A stretch of DNA of 64,000 bases from an uncultured Actinomycetes bacterium (GTDB taxonomy: Bacteria; Actinomycetota; Thermoleophilia; RBG-16-64-13): assembly GCA_963816155.1 (NCBI GenBank), contig CAWFJE010000010.1, positions 18,221-82,220 on the forward strand. The letters are read 5' to 3'. Shown here in pieces: positions 1-10,950 of the stretch (position 1 is its first letter; each line of letters begins with the position of its first letter). The notes beneath the pieces were generated by a model that saw only the letters and a list, made by a program, of their open reading frames with translations, searched no databases and was not told the DNA's origin. The translations under genes were made by a program, and so were the position numbers.

Positions 1-387
1 GATCTCTGCCAAGTCGGCGACGGACAGACCCGTAGTGCCCACCACGACTGGGACGCTCCGGTCCAAGCAGGCGAGCACGTTGCCGCGCACCACACTGGGA
101 GTGGTGAAGTCGATCACGACGTCGATATCCCCATCCGCGAGGGCTTCAGCCAGGTCCGCGTACTCGCGGGGTCGCCCGGCGGAGTCTCGCGGGCGCTCGA
201 CGGGCACGGTCCCATCGCTCAGAGGCGGAATCCCCTCCCCTGCCGTCTCCCCGCCTCGGACGGCGGCCAGGCCAGGATCGATCAGCGCCACCAGTTCCAA
301 CTCCAAGTCGGCGGCCACTGCCTCGCAGGTCGTTGCGCCCATACGTCCCAGAGCACCGGACACGGCAACGCGCACCACAGCGCCCAC
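1..387 (-). CDS. dapB: 4-hydroxy-tetrahydrodipicolinate reductase DapB, N-terminal portion only; the 3' end of the gene runs off the window start
   Basis: Manual minus-strand translation gives VRVAVSGALGRMG...DVVIDFTTPSVVRGNVLACLDRSVPVVVGTTG (NAD-binding GxxGxxG and the DapB core). It is absent from the ORF track because it is open at the window edge. Candidate GTG starts lie at 378 and 387. Confidence 0.7.
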   Translation of the reverse strand, partial: MGAVVRVAVSGALGRMGATTCEAVAADLELELVALIDPGLAAVRGGETAGEGIPPLSDGTVPVERPRDSAGRPREYADLAEALADGDIDVVIDFTTPSVVRGNVLACLDRSVPVVVGTTGLSVADLAEI

Positions 388-451
388 CGATGAGGAGGGT
401 TGTTCTCCTCTCTGATCACCCTGCCCGGCTACGAGCATGTTCGCCCCCCGC

Positions 452-1732
452 TCAGTCGACGAGGCCGGCTAGGCAGTCGATCGGCACCACGTCTGTGAAG
501 GCCGCTTCATCTGCACCGATGCCCACTACGGAAAGAGCGCTGGGCCGGAACAGGTCCGCGGCCAACTCGAGCAGTTGCTCGCTGGTCACTGCATCGATAC
601 GCTCGGCCAGTTCGTCGAGCGACAGGATATCGGTGTCGGTGATGACCGCCCTACCCAGGCGATTCATGCGGCTGGATGTGCTCTCCAGACCCAGGATCAG
701 ACGGCCCTTCAGGTGTTCCTTGGCCCGGAGCAGCTCCTCCGCGGGCACAGGTTCTTTCACAAGGCGAGTCAGTTCGCGACCGACCGTCTCCACCACGGTG
801 CCCAGACGCTCGGGCCGGCATCCGAAGTAGAGCCCCACCATCCCCGTTTCTCGATAGAGGTTGGCGAATGAATAGACGCTGTAGACGAGGCCACGCTTCT
901 CACGCACTTCTTGGAAAAGACGCGAGCTGAGCGAGCCGCCGAAGAGGCTGTCGAGTACCGAGAGTTGGAAGCGACGCTCGTCGCCACGAGCCAACCCGGC
1001 TCCGCCGAAACATACGTGCATCTGCTCCGTCTCCTTCGCGAGGAAACGGCGGCAGGGCGTAGGACCAAGGGCGGAGCTGCTCCGTTTCAGGGGCGAACGG
1101 TCGGCCGCCGACTGGCGTTCAAGAAGCAAAGAACTGATTTCGTCGTGGTCCACGTTGCCTGCGACGGCGACAACCATGTCGCTGAAGCCGAAGAGGCGCC
1201 CGTGAAAGGCGCGCAGATCCCCTTCAGACGCCTCGGCGATGCTGGCGCGTGTGCCCAAGATGGGATGGGCCAACGGATGCCCGTCGAGGACCACCTCGGC
1301 CAGTACATCGTGGATGAGGTCCTGTGGCGAGTCTTCCACCATGGCGATCTCTTCCAGGATGACTTCCCGCTCCTGGTCCAGGTCGGTGAACGTCGGGGTG
1401 AGCAGCATGTCGGTCATCACGTCCATGGCCACCGGCAGCTGCTCGTCGAGGAAGCGTCCGTACACCACCACGTACTCCCGCGAGGTACTGGCGTTCAACT
1501 CACCGCCCAGAGTGTCGAACACCTGCGCCGTCTCCTCCGCGGTGTACTTAGAGGAACCCTTGAAGAGCAGATGCTCGATGAAGTGACTGGCGCCATAGAG
1601 CTCGGCCGGCTCGTCTCGCGAGCCGGCCGGGATCCAGAAACCCAAGCAGATCGACCGCAGATGGTCGAGCTTCTCGGTTATAAGGCGCTGGCCGTTGCCA
1701 AGCCGCTCCAGGCGGTAGTCGTCAGTCGACAC
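452..1732 (-). CDS. M16 family zinc metallopeptidase (insulinase-like; PepR/MlpA-type)
   Basis: 426 aa ORF with an HFIEHLLFKG inverted zinc-binding HxxEH motif. Its position downstream of pnp matches the conserved pnp-pepR arrangement. Confidence 0.85.
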   Translation of the reverse strand: MSTDDYRLERLGNGQRLITEKLDHLRSICLGFWIPAGSRDEPAELYGASHFIEHLLFKGSSKYTAEETAQVFDTLGGELNASTSREYVVVYGRFLDEQLPVAMDVMTDMLLTPTFTDLDQEREVILEEIAMVEDSPQDLIHDVLAEVVLDGHPLAHPILGTRASIAEASEGDLRAFHGRLFGFSDMVVAVAGNVDHDEISSLLLERQSAADRSPLKRSSSALGPTPCRRFLAKETEQMHVCFGGAGLARGDERRFQLSVLDSLFGGSLSSRLFQEVREKRGLVYSVYSFANLYRETGMVGLYFGCRPERLGTVVETVGRELTRLVKEPVPAEELLRAKEHLKGRLILGLESTSSRMNRLGRAVITDTDILSLDELAERIDAVTSEQLLELAADLFRPSALSVVGIGADEAAFTDVVPIDCLAGLVD

Positions 1733-3849
1733 TGCCTTCCTTTGCCGAAAGGTTCTCCAGCAGGCGAAGGCTGATCTTCTCTTTGCCGCCCTGCTGCTGC
1801 ACTTCGATGACCTCCACCCGCACCATGTCGCCGCGGTTGACTACTTCCTCCACGGCACCCACGCGGTGATCTGCCAAACGGGAGATGTGGATGAGGCCGT
1901 CCGTGCCCGGCTTGAGGGTGACGAAAGCGCCGAAGGACGTCGTGGAAGCCACGCGGCCTTCGACGATGTCGCCGGCCTTGGTCTCACGCGTGAGCAGACC
2001 GATCCGTTCGATGCACTGGTCGCCCAGTTTACCGTCGGTGGCGAAGACTTTGATGAGACCGTCCTCGGCCACGTCGATGGTGCATTCGAAGTCGGCTTCC
2101 ATGCCGCGGATCGTCTCGCCGCCTTTGCCGATGACCGCCCCGATCCTCTCGGGATCGATACGGATGGTGGCGATGCGGGGGGCGAACTCGGACAGTTCCA
2201 CACGCGGACCGTTCAGAGCCTCAGCTATCCTGTCGAGGATGAACAGCCGGGCCTTGCGTGCGCTTTCCAGGGCATCGCGCATGATGTCGAAGGTCACGCC
2301 CTTGATCTTGATGTCCATCTGCAGGGCCGTGATGCCGCGATCGGTGCCGGCCACCTTGAAGTCCATGTCGCCCAGGTGGTCTTCCACGCCGGCGATGTCG
2401 GTAAGGACCACGTAGTCGTCCTGTTCCTTGACCAAGCCCATGGCGATCCCCGCCACCGGACGCGCGATGGGCACGCCGGCGTCCATGAGAGCCAGGGTGG
2501 AACCGCAGACGCTTGCCATAGAACTGGAGCCGTTCGACTCCAGGGTCTCCGACACGAGACGGACCGTGTACGGGAAGGTCTCTTCGTCGGGGATGACGGG
2601 AATGAGAGCCCGCTCGGCCAAGGCGCCGTGGCCTATCTCACGACGGCCGGGGCCGCGCATGAAGCCCGCCTCGCCCACGCTGAAGGGCGGGAACTTGTAG
2701 TGGTGCATGAAGCGCTTCGATTCCTCGATATCGAGGCCATCGATGCGCTGCTCGTCCCGGGCTGCGCCCAGCGTGAGCAGGGTGAGCACCTGGGTCTGTC
2801 CTCTGGTGAAAAGACCGGAACCGTGGGTGCGCGGGGCTACTGTCACCTCGCAGGAGATCGAGCGTATCTCGTCGGCCGCGCGACCGTCGGGCCGCTTCTT
2901 CTCCACGGCGATCTGGCGACGCACGGTCTCTTTCTCCACCGCATCGAAGGCCTTGGCCAGAGCTGCCGCGTCGGCGGCCGCATTGTCGGAGCCCTCGGCG
3001 GGCGACCAGGCTGCCAGCACTTCCTGCTTGATAGCCGCGAGCGTGCTCGACCTCTCGTGCTTGTCGAGCACGGCGCTGGCACGACTGATGTCGTCGGCGA
3101 AACGGGCCTTGATCTTGTCCACGAGGAGCTGATCGGGCAGACGCTCGGCGAACTCCATCTTCGGCTTGCCGATCTCGGCCGCCCAGGCGCTGATCACCCC
3201 ACACTGCTTCTTGATGGCCTCGTGAGCGACTTCCAGGCCCGCGATGATGTCGGCCTCTCCGACTTCCTCACAGCCCGCTTCCACCATACCGATGGCGTCG
3301 GCAGTACCGGCTACCACCAGATTCAACGGGACTCTGGTCGATCTCGTCATAGGTGGGGTTGACCACCCAAGAGCCGTTGACCTTGGCCACGCGGACAGCA
3401 CCCACAGGTCCGTGGAAGGGAGCCTCCGACAGGCTCAAAGCCGCCGAAGCGCCTGCCAGGGCGAGAACGTCGTAGGGGTTAGTCTTGTCGACAGAAAGCA
3501 CCGTGGCCACGATGTGCGTCTCTTTGTTGAAGCCTTTCGGCCACAGAGGCCTGATAGGCCTGTCGATGAGGCGCGCGTTCAAGATAGCTTGATCGCTGGC
3601 CCGCCCCTCTTTCTTTATGAAACCGCCAGGTATCTTCCCAGCAGCGTACATCCCCGCCTCCACGTCTACCGTGAGGGGGAAGAAATCCACATTCCGTTCG
3701 TTGCTCGCCACCACGGCGGTCACAAGTACCATCGTGTCGCCAGAGCGGACGACCACAGCTCCGCTCGCCTGTTTCGCCAACTTGCCTGTCTCGAACGTGA
3801 TCCTCTTGTCGCCTAGTGTGACCTCTGTCGTGCTTACTCCACTTCCCAC
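1722..3849 (-). CDS. pnp: Polynucleotide phosphorylase (PNPase), split into two ORFs (3268..3849 and 1722..3401) by a single-base frameshift near 3325-3335
   Basis: The N-terminal ORF carries RNase PH domain 1. The downstream ORF has LNLVVAGTADAIGMVEAG, a second PH domain, KH and S1 domains. The combined length is about 709 aa, as expected for PNPase. The frames switch at the CCC run in ...DQSP/LNLVV. Confidence 0.9.
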
Positions 3850-3941
3850 TGTCTTCTCCCGTCTGGGGACCTTCCCTGGTCCCGCCGTTCCTGCGTTACT
3901 ACTCCGCTGCCACTATCCGTCCGACGATCCCTTCTGCTTCC

Positions 3942-4208
3942 CTACCTACGCAGACCCAGATCCTTGACCACCGCCCGGTATCTCTCCACATCCTGCTTCT
4001 GCAGGTAGTTAAGGAGACGACGCCGGTGGCCCACCATCTTGAGCAGGCCGCGACGCGAGTGATGGTCCTTGGAATGGGTCTTGAGGTGCTCGGTGAGGAC
4101 GACGATCCGTTCGGTGAGGATGCCTATCTGCACCTCCGGGGATCCCGTGTCCACATCATGCTTCTTGAAGCGGTCGATGATCTCGGTCTTGCGGTCTTTG
4201 CTGAGCAT
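3942..4208 (-). CDS. rpsO: 30S ribosomal protein S15
   Basis: 88 aa; the [32 protein letters not shown] signature. Confidence 0.95.
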   Translation of the reverse strand: MLSKDRKTEIIDRFKKHDVDTGSPEVQIGILTERIVVLTEHLKTHSKDHHSRRGLLKMVGHRRRLLNYLQKQDVERYRAVVKDLGLRR

Positions 4209-4355
4209 GCATAGCCTCCATGGCTCCGTGCTCCCAGCCGGGACGCTGCGGTCCGAGCCGAGATGCAGGTTTCAATGCCGACGGACCCGATACCGACGTC
4301 GCCGTACGATTCTCGGGCCGCCCCGCCCAGAACTACCTGTCTGGAGCGGTGATGT

Positions 4356-4366
4356 AGGTTACCACA
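4356..4366 (-). promoter_or_regulatory. Candidate extended -10 element TGTGGTAACCT upstream of rpsO (about 150 nt leader)
   Basis: Same motif as upstream of rpsB. Confidence 0.3.
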
Positions 4367-4384
4367 CCCGTCGCCTCGACCCCC

Positions 4385-5347
4385 TCAACCAAGCAGGTCG
4401 CGGCGCCCCTCCAGATAGCCTCTGGCAGCCTCGGCGTCAAGCCTGATCCGCTCCGCCAGAGCTTCTCCACTGGAGAATCGTTGCTGGCCCCGTATCCATT
4501 CCATGAAGTCCACCGCCATATGACTGCCGTAGATGTCACCCTCGTAGTCCAGGATCAGAGTCTCGACACGGATGAGGTCGTCGGCCTCGAAGGTGGGGTT
4601 GGTGCCTACGCTGGTGACCGAGGGATGAGGTTCGGAACCGGCGACCACAGAGCGGGTGACGTACACCCCTTGGCGCGGCATAGCCGTCTCGGCCTCCGTG
4701 GCCAGGTTGGCTGTGGGGGCGGCAAGCGTCCGCCCCCGGCCGACGCCGGCAACGACCACTCCTTCTATGCGGTGGGGACGGCCCAGAAGGCGGGCCGCCT
4801 CAGCCACATGCCCAGCGCTCACCATCTGGCGGATGCGTGTGCTGGATATGGTCTCCCCCTCGTACTCACTGAGCGAGACCGTGCAGGTCTCAAAGCCATG
4901 CCGCCGGCCATATTCGCGTAGGTCGGCCGGGCTGCCGGAGGCGTTGTGCCCAAAGCGGAAGTTCTCTCCCACGAAGACCATACGGGCACCCAGACGCTCA
5001 GACAGCACGGAGGTGCAGAAGGCGGCGGGCGAAAGCTGAGCGAAAGCGCGGTCGAACTTCACCACGATCACTTCCTCAATGCCCAGGCGCTCCATCAACT
5101 CGGCCTTCCGCGCCAGAGACGTGAGCTGACGGGGAGCCTTCTGCGGCCTGAGCACGGCCTCGGGATGGGGCCGGAAGGTGACTGCCGCCACTGCGCACCC
5201 TGGCGTGTTACGCGCCCTTTCCACAGCTGCGCGCAGTATGCGCTGGTGTCCCCGATGGACGCCGTCGAACACGCCGATGGCCACCACGCGTCCCCCGGAG
5301 GGCGCCTCAGGGATATCTGTGGGCGATTCGTACAGGCGGAGGCTCAT
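4385..5347 (-). CDS. ribF: Bifunctional riboflavin kinase / FAD synthetase
   Basis: 320 aa; an N-terminal FMN adenylyltransferase region (GVFDGVHRGHQ) and a C-terminal riboflavin kinase domain (NPTFE). Confidence 0.9.
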   Translation of the reverse strand: MSLRLYESPTDIPEAPSGGRVVAIGVFDGVHRGHQRILRAAVERARNTPGCAVAAVTFRPHPEAVLRPQKAPRQLTSLARKAELMERLGIEEVIVVKFDRAFAQLSPAAFCTSVLSERLGARMVFVGENFRFGHNASGSPADLREYGRRHGFETCTVSLSEYEGETISSTRIRQMVSAGHVAEAARLLGRPHRIEGVVVAGVGRGRTLAAPTANLATEAETAMPRQGVYVTRSVVAGSEPHPSVTSVGTNPTFEADDLIRVETLILDYEGDIYGSHMAVDFMEWIRGQQRFSSGEALAERIRLDAEAARGYLEGRRDLLG

Positions 5348-6255
5348 ACCGGGCTCGCGAACACGATCAGAGGGCGTGCCACCTCGCCCATACCCTCATA
5401 CACGCCCACCAACCCCTCGGCGCTGTAGGCCCGGAAGCGGCCCGTCGGGGCGTGATGAAGAGGGTTGCCGTTGGCCGCCAGTCGCGCCTGACGATCATCG
5501 AGGCTATAGGCGGGGAGGAAGTCTAGAGCCTCCCCAACAGGGAACACGCCCTTCCCGCCGGCCGCGTATCGTTCGGGGGAAAGATCCTCCGGGCGGAGCG
5601 CCTCGGACACACTGAAGCGTCCGCAACGCGTGCGACGCAGGGACGCGGCATACGCTCCGGAGCCGGTCGATCGCCCCAGGTCCTCGGCCAGACTCCTCAC
5701 GTACGTGCCGCTGCCGGTGACCGCCACCATCCGAGCCGTCTGTGCTGCGTCGTCGAAGGCCAGCAGGCGCAGGTCGTGCACCACCACCTCACGCTCCGGC
5801 GTCTCTATGGACTCCCCTCGGTGCGCCCTGCGATACAGCGGTTCCCCGTCGACCTTCACGGCTGAGGTCATGGGCACTCTCTGCTTGATCGTTCCCCGGA
5901 ACGACCCCAGAGCGCCCTCGATCTGCTCCACCTCCACCCGCCTGCCGGTGGCGATGATGTCTCCCGTGGGGTCGGCAGTGCTCGATTCGGCGCCGAACTG
6001 TACGGTCACCTCGTACTCCTTGGGCAGTTCCATGAGCAGGTTCGAGACGCGCGTAGCCTGACCGACCATGACCAGGAGTAGTCCGGTGGCGAAGGGGTCC
6101 AGGGTGCCGGCATGGCCCACGCGCCCGCGGGTACCGCGGCGCGCGACCCGCACCATATCAAAGCTCGTGGGTCCGGCCGGTTTGTCCACGAGAACGACAC
6201 AGGAGACTCCGGGCTCCGAACTCACAGCCGAGACCGTACCTCGCTCTCGACCCAA
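5344..6255 (-). CDS. truB: tRNA pseudouridine(55) synthase TruB (true start probably a few codons inside the ORF)
   Basis: LVDKPAGPTSFDMV ... GHAGTLDPFATGLL catalytic Asp motif. Confidence 0.85.
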   Translation of the reverse strand: MGRERGTVSAVSSEPGVSCVVLVDKPAGPTSFDMVRVARRGTRGRVGHAGTLDPFATGLLLVMVGQATRVSNLLMELPKEYEVTVQFGAESSTADPTGDIIATGRRVEVEQIEGALGSFRGTIKQRVPMTSAVKVDGEPLYRRAHRGESIETPEREVVVHDLRLLAFDDAAQTARMVAVTGSGTYVRSLAEDLGRSTGSGAYAASLRRTRCGRFSVSEALRPEDLSPERYAAGGKGVFPVGEALDFLPAYSLDDRQARLAANGNPLHHAPTGRFRAYSAEGLVGVYEGMGEVARPLIVFASPV

Positions 6256-7217
6256 TCCAGGACTTCAGGAACGGCAGCACCCCAGGTGAAGCCGGCAGCT
6301 CGTACGTGGCCGCCCCCACCTTGCAGACCGGCGATGTCGGCCACGTTCACGGTGCCGTCGGTGGAGCGCAGACTCACCTTGCACTCAGGCACACCATCCC
6401 CTGCCCGCAGGCGGACGAAGGCCGCCACCCGCGTTCCCTGGATGCGCCGCAACTGGTCGACCAGACCCTCGGTGTGACTCTCCTGTGCCCCGGCCCGGGC
6501 GAAATCATCAGGTCCCACCCAGGCCATGACCAACTGCCCCTCCAAGCGCACCTCCAGATGGCAGAGGGCCTGTTGCAGCAGGACGAGCTTGGGCAGCGGA
6601 GTGCTCTCAAATACCCGCCGGTACACGGCGTTGACGTCCAGTCCGACCTCGATGAGCTCCGCCGCCATGCGATGCGCACCGGGAGTGGTATTGGAGTATT
6701 GGAACCGACCGGTGTCGGTGACCAACCCCACATAGAGGGCTGTCGCCACCTCCGCGTCCACAGCGAGGCCGCCCGTCTTGAAGATGTCGTGAAGGATGGC
6801 CGTGGTAGAGGGCGCCGCGGGAACGATCAGATTCAGCTCACCATAGCCGGGATTGTCCTGATGGTGGTCGATATTGACCCTGAAAGCCCCGGCCTCGAAG
6901 CGATCCCCGTGTGAGCGCAAGAGCGAGGCACAGTCGAGCATGTATACGGTGGTTCCATCGTCCACCTCAGGGGGACCGCCCCTCTGCACAGCCGCGAGTC
7001 CAGGCAGAAAGGAATACTCGCCGGGAAAGGGACCGTCACCGGGAACGTACGCGTCCACAACGATCCCCAACGACTCCGCCACGAGCGACAAGGCCACCAG
7101 GGACCCAAGCGCATCTCCATCGGGCTGCTCGTGGGTCACGACCAAGATCCGTTTCTCCGCGCGTAGCCGCTCCGCTACCCCGGCCGGCGTGATGCTCGGC
7201 GTCCCGGCCGCAGTCAT
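6222..7217 (-). CDS. nrnA: DHH-family phosphoesterase NrnA (oligoribonuclease / pAp phosphatase)
   Basis: ILVVTHEQPDGDALGS and NIDHHQDN DHH motifs. It sits between rbfA and truB as in Actinobacteria. The start was chosen at the Met immediately after the rbfA stop. Confidence 0.75.
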   Translation of the reverse strand: MTAAGTPSITPAGVAERLRAEKRILVVTHEQPDGDALGSLVALSLVAESLGIVVDAYVPGDGPFPGEYSFLPGLAAVQRGGPPEVDDGTTVYMLDCASLLRSHGDRFEAGAFRVNIDHHQDNPGYGELNLIVPAAPSTTAILHDIFKTGGLAVDAEVATALYVGLVTDTGRFQYSNTTPGAHRMAAELIEVGLDVNAVYRRVFESTPLPKLVLLQQALCHLEVRLEGQLVMAWVGPDDFARAGAQESHTEGLVDQLRRIQGTRVAAFVRLRAGDGVPECKVSLRSTDGTVNVADIAGLQGGGGHVRAAGFTWGAAVPEVLDWVESEVRSRL

Positions 7218-7690
7218 CGCCCAAGCTCCCGCTCCGTGTGTTCCGGGGTCGCCGGCTCTTCGCCGAAGGCATCGGGCCCAGACCCCGGCTCCGCGACGTC
7301 TTCCCCGCACTCGGATGGGGCAAGGGTGTCGGCCATTTCGTCGATCTCCTCCGGGGGCAGATCGGACACCCCGCTGGCGTTAAGCATCGCCTGGATGCGC
7401 ATGCCCTGGTCCACGCTGACGTCGTAGACGAATTCCAGATAGGGCGTGCGCTTGAGATCGAGTTCGTCGCTGATGAGCCTTTGGAGGTAGGGACGAGCCG
7501 CCCGCAAGCCCTCCATGGTGGCGTCCTTCTCCGCCTTCTTCCCGTACACGGACACGAAGACCTTGGCGTGCGCGAGGTCGGGAGAGGCCTCGACTCCGGT
7601 AAGAGTCACGAACCCGATACGCGGATCTTTGATGTCCTGGGTCAGAGCTGTGCCGATGATCTCTTTGAGCGCCACATTCACCCGGCGCAT
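7214..7690 (-). CDS. rbfA: Ribosome-binding factor A with an acidic C-terminal tail
   Basis: RMRRVNVALKEIIGTAL...DPRIGFVTLTGVE RbfA core. It lies downstream of infB/DUF503. Confidence 0.8.
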   Translation of the reverse strand: MRRVNVALKEIIGTALTQDIKDPRIGFVTLTGVEASPDLAHAKVFVSVYGKKAEKDATMEGLRAARPYLQRLISDELDLKRTPYLEFVYDVSVDQGMRIQAMLNASGVSDLPPEEIDEMADTLAPSECGEDVAEPGSGPDAFGEEPATPEHTERELGR

Positions 7691-7706
7691 ACGATAGGAA
7701 TCGACC

Positions 7707-7990
7707 TTACGCATCCACATCCACCACCTCGGTCGTACACGCGGTCACGACCCATTCCTGTCCATCCAGATACGCCCTCAGACGGTCGAACCGCTCCTCG
7801 AGCACGTGTACGTCGGAAGCGGCCACAGCCATCACGAGACGCGAGCGTTGCCAGACATCTTGAAAGCCGACCTCGGCAAAAGAAACGCCATGCTGGCGGG
7901 TGACCTGATCTCGGATCCGCCGGAGAAACATGCGTTTTCCCTTCAAGGAACCGCTCTCGGGGAAGAACAACTCCACCGAGAGGATGCCTA
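7707..7990 (-). CDS. DUF503 (YlxP-like) protein; start codon uncertain
   Basis: GILSVELFFPESGSLKGKR...VMAVAASDV is similar to YlxP/DUF503. It holds the conserved slot between infB and rbfA. The N-terminal part of the ORF overlaps the infB end and is probably not translated. Confidence 0.6.
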
Positions 7991-8007
7991 CGAAGCCCTT
8001 GTTGCTT

Positions 8008-10950
8008 CTACTGGGTGCGGGCAACTTCCTTGATCTCGTAGGCCTCGACGATGTCTCCCTCGTGGATATCGTCGAAGTTGTCGAGATGGATACCACACTC
8101 GTAGCCTGTCTGTACCTCTCTGACGTCGTCCGCGAAACGCTTGAGCGTGCCGATGGTCCCCTCGTGGACGATGCTGCCGTTGCGGACCACGCGCACCCGA
8201 GCCGAGCGCACGATCTTTCCGGTCAGCACGTAGCAGCCCGCGATAGTGCCTATGCGAGAGGCGCGGAACACCTGGCGGATCTCGGCCGACCCCAACTCCG
8301 CTTCTACCTGCTCGGGCTCCAACATGCCCACCAGAGCCGCCTCGACATCTTCGATGGCCTTGTAGATGACTCTGTAGGTGCGAACGTCCACCTGTTCCTG
8401 CTCAGCCAGGGCCTTGGCGGCGACCGAAGGCCGCACGTTGAACCCGATGACGACCGCTTTGGAAGCGGAGGCCAGCATGATATCCGACTCGTTGATGCCC
8501 CCCACTCCGGCAAAGATGACTTCGACCTTCACCTCGGCATGGGTGATGTTGCGCAAAGACTCCTCGAGAGCCTCCACCGACCCGGCCACATCACCCTTGA
8601 TGACGAGCGGCAGCTCCTTGACCCGGCCCTCTTTGATGCGGCGGTAGAACTCCTCCAGACTGCTGGCGCCACCCCGGCTCTTGGCCAATTGTTCCTGGCG
8701 CAGGCGGGAGGTCCGCTGCTCGGCCTTCTGCCGCGCTTCGCGTTCATCCTTGGCGACCATGACGAAATCGCCGGCCGCCGGGAGCGTGTTGAAGCCGAGT
8801 ATCTGCACGGGCACGGAGGGTCCGGCTTTCATGAGCGGGTTGCCCGTGAAGTCGAACATGGCCTTGACCTTGCCGTGAGCCTCTCCACTGACGAGGGCGT
8901 CCCCCACCTGCAGAGTGCCTCGCTGCACGAGAATCGTGGCCACGGGACCCCGTCCCACGTCCAACTGAGCCTCTATGACCACCCCCGAAGCCGAAGCGGC
9001 GGCGTTGGCCTTCAACTCCTGCACTTCCGCAACGAGCAGGATCATGTCCATGAGTTCTTCGAGATTGAGGCGCTGCTTGGCGGAGACCTCCACCATGACC
9101 GTGTCTCCACCGTAAGACTCTGGGACCAGACCCTCTTCAGAGAGCTGAGCCTTGACCCGGTCGGAGTTGGCGTCGACAAGGTCCATCTTGTTGATGGCCA
9201 CCAATATGGGTACCTCAGCGGCCTTGGCGTGGCTGATGGCCTCCAATGTCTGCGGCATGACTCCGTCGTTGGCAGCGACCACGATGACGGCGATATCCGT
9301 GGACTTGGCGCCCCGGGCCCGCATGGCCGTGAAGGCTTCGTGGCCCGGCGTATCGAGGAAGGTGACCCTCTTATCTGCATGCGTGACCTGGTAGGCACCG
9401 ATGTGCTGGGTGATGCCACCGGCCTCGGACTTCACCACTTCGGTCTCGCGGATGGCGTCGAGCAAGGAGGTCTTGCCGTGATCGACGTGGCCCATGACGG
9501 TCACGACGGGCGCACGTGGGGTCAGATCGGCGGGGTCGTCGACATAGGTCTCCGGCCCCTCCTTCTCTTCCTCCGCGTGCTCTATCTCCACCTGACGCTC
9601 GAACTCCTCCGCCAGGATCATGATGGCATCGTCGGATAGCGACTGGGTGATGGTGACCATCTCGCCCAAGCGGATCAGCGTCTTGATGAGCTCGCCGCCG
9701 CTCAATTCCAGAGCCTCGCCCAGATCCTTGACGCTGGCCCCGCTCTTGACCTTGACAGGACCCTCGCTGCCCGGAGGGGCCTTCTTCTTGGCCACCGGTC
9801 TCTCGGCCTCGGCGACGCCTCCACGCTGGTCGCGCGGACCGCCCCTACTACCTTTGCGTCCGGCCTGGGAATCGATGATGACCCGGCGCTTGGCGGGCTT
9901 ATCATCGCCCCGCCGCACTCGTGATGGAGTCGCGCTGCGCGAAGGGGCGGCGGCCGCGGGGGCATCCGTGCGATCTTTGCGTGGGTCGACGGGCAACGGT
10001 GCCGGACCCCTATTGTCGCGACCGACGGGGCCGGACCGTGGGGGGCGAGGACCCGCGGGGGTGAATGGGCGTGAGGCTGGGCCCCTGCCCGTCGCAGCCG
10101 GCTGCTCGGCGGACACCGGTTTGGCCGCGGCGGCAGCCGCGGCCGCCTTCCGTGCCTCCTCGGCCTTGGCAGCCTTCTCGGCCTCCATACGGGCCAACTC
10201 TTCCTTCGTGACTACCTTGCCAGACGGCTTGACCCCCTTGCGCAGAGGCACTCCCGGCCCCACCACTGTGGGCATGTCTTCGAGACGTGGTCCTCTACCC
10301 CTGGGCGGGCGGCCGGTCGGCTTGCGGGGCATAGGCGGACGCCCCGAGTCGGGACGTGGGCCCTCCGGCTTCGCTGCTTCCGCCTTGGGAGCTTCGGCCT
10401 TGGGAGCTTCGGCCTTAGGGCCTTCCGGCTTGGGACCTTCGGGTTGCTTGCCGTCCGACTCCTGTGGGTCCGGTCGAGGGGCCTCGGACTTCTCTGTGGC
10501 AGGATGGAGCTTCTCGGTCTTGGGCGACTCAGTCTTGGGCGCCGCAGGCTCAGCAGCGGTCGGGTCGGCGTCCGTCTGCGTTTCAGCCTTTGCGGGCGCT
10601 TCGCTCTTGGTAGCCGCTGCCTTCTTGTTGGCCGCCGGGGCAGCTGAGGATTTGGCGGAGGCGTCCTTGGTTCGACGGGCACGGGGCGCAGAGGACCCTT
10701 CTCCCGTGCTACCCTCGGGAGCCTTCTTGCCCTCCGAAGCCTTCTTGTCCTCGGGCTTGGCGGCACTCTTATCCGGCTTGGCGGCGCTCTTCTTCTTCGT
10801 CGCAGGAGAAAGGGCGCGTTCGACATCGGCTTCTTCCACGCTGGAGACACTGCTCTTGATCTCGATGCCTGCGCCACGCAGACGATCCAGGAGTTCCTGG
10901 TTCGTCAGACCCCTTTCCTTTGCAATCTCATAGACCCGTCTCTTCGCCAC
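8008..10950 (-). CDS. infB: Translation initiation factor IF-2, with a long Pro/Ala/Lys/Glu-rich N-terminal region
   Basis: 980 aa; GTP-binding domain [29 protein letters not shown]; C-terminal beta-barrel domains. Confidence 0.95.
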   Translation of the reverse strand: MAKRRVYEIAKERGLTNQELLDRLRGAGIEIKSSVSSVEEADVERALSPATKKKSAAKPDKSAAKPEDKKASEGKKAPEGSTGEGSSAPRARRTKDASAKSSAAPAANKKAAATKSEAPAKAETQTDADPTAAEPAAPKTESPKTEKLHPATEKSEAPRPDPQESDGKQPEGPKPEGPKAEAPKAEAPKAEAAKPEGPRPDSGRPPMPRKPTGRPPRGRGPRLEDMPTVVGPGVPLRKGVKPSGKVVTKEELARMEAEKAAKAEEARKAAAAAAAAKPVSAEQPAATGRGPASRPFTPAGPRPPRSGPVGRDNRGPAPLPVDPRKDRTDAPAAAAPSRSATPSRVRRGDDKPAKRRVIIDSQAGRKGSRGGPRDQRGGVAEAERPVAKKKAPPGSEGPVKVKSGASVKDLGEALELSGGELIKTLIRLGEMVTITQSLSDDAIMILAEEFERQVEIEHAEEEKEGPETYVDDPADLTPRAPVVTVMGHVDHGKTSLLDAIRETEVVKSEAGGITQHIGAYQVTHADKRVTFLDTPGHEAFTAMRARGAKSTDIAVIVVAANDGVMPQTLEAISHAKAAEVPILVAINKMDLVDANSDRVKAQLSEEGLVPESYGGDTVMVEVSAKQRLNLEELMDMILLVAEVQELKANAAASASGVVIEAQLDVGRGPVATILVQRGTLQVGDALVSGEAHGKVKAMFDFTGNPLMKAGPSVPVQILGFNTLPAAGDFVMVAKDEREARQKAEQRTSRLRQEQLAKSRGGASSLEEFYRRIKEGRVKELPLVIKGDVAGSVEALEESLRNITHAEVKVEVIFAGVGGINESDIMLASASKAVVIGFNVRPSVAAKALAEQEQVDVRTYRVIYKAIEDVEAALVGMLEPEQVEAELGSAEIRQVFRASRIGTIAGCYVLTGKIVRSARVRVVRNGSIVHEGTIGTLKRFADDVREVQTGYECGIHLDNFDDIHEGDIVEAYEIKEVARTQ
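10382..10440. repeat. About four copies of a 15 bp in-frame tandem repeat inside infB (encodes PKAEA/PEGPK repeats of the IF-2 N-terminal region)
   Basis: CCTTGGGAGCTTCGG repeated; the protein shows [29 protein letters not shown]. Confidence 0.4.

Noticed and set aside
1866-3362. Very long antisense ORFs (e.g. 1866..3362 +, 7930..9639 +, 11789..13345 +, 14251..15393 +, 16275..17699 +, 19992..21233 +, 50998..52755 +, 59551..61011 +) opposite well-conserved genes
   Set aside because: They translate to Arg/Gly/His-rich low-complexity proteins with no motifs. Open antisense frames are expected at about 68% GC. The sense-strand genes have unmistakable homology.
10212-10877. 221 aa Arg/Pro-rich ORF inside infB
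   Set aside because: It is an alternative frame of the repetitive, GC-rich IF-2 N-terminal coding region with no independent signals.
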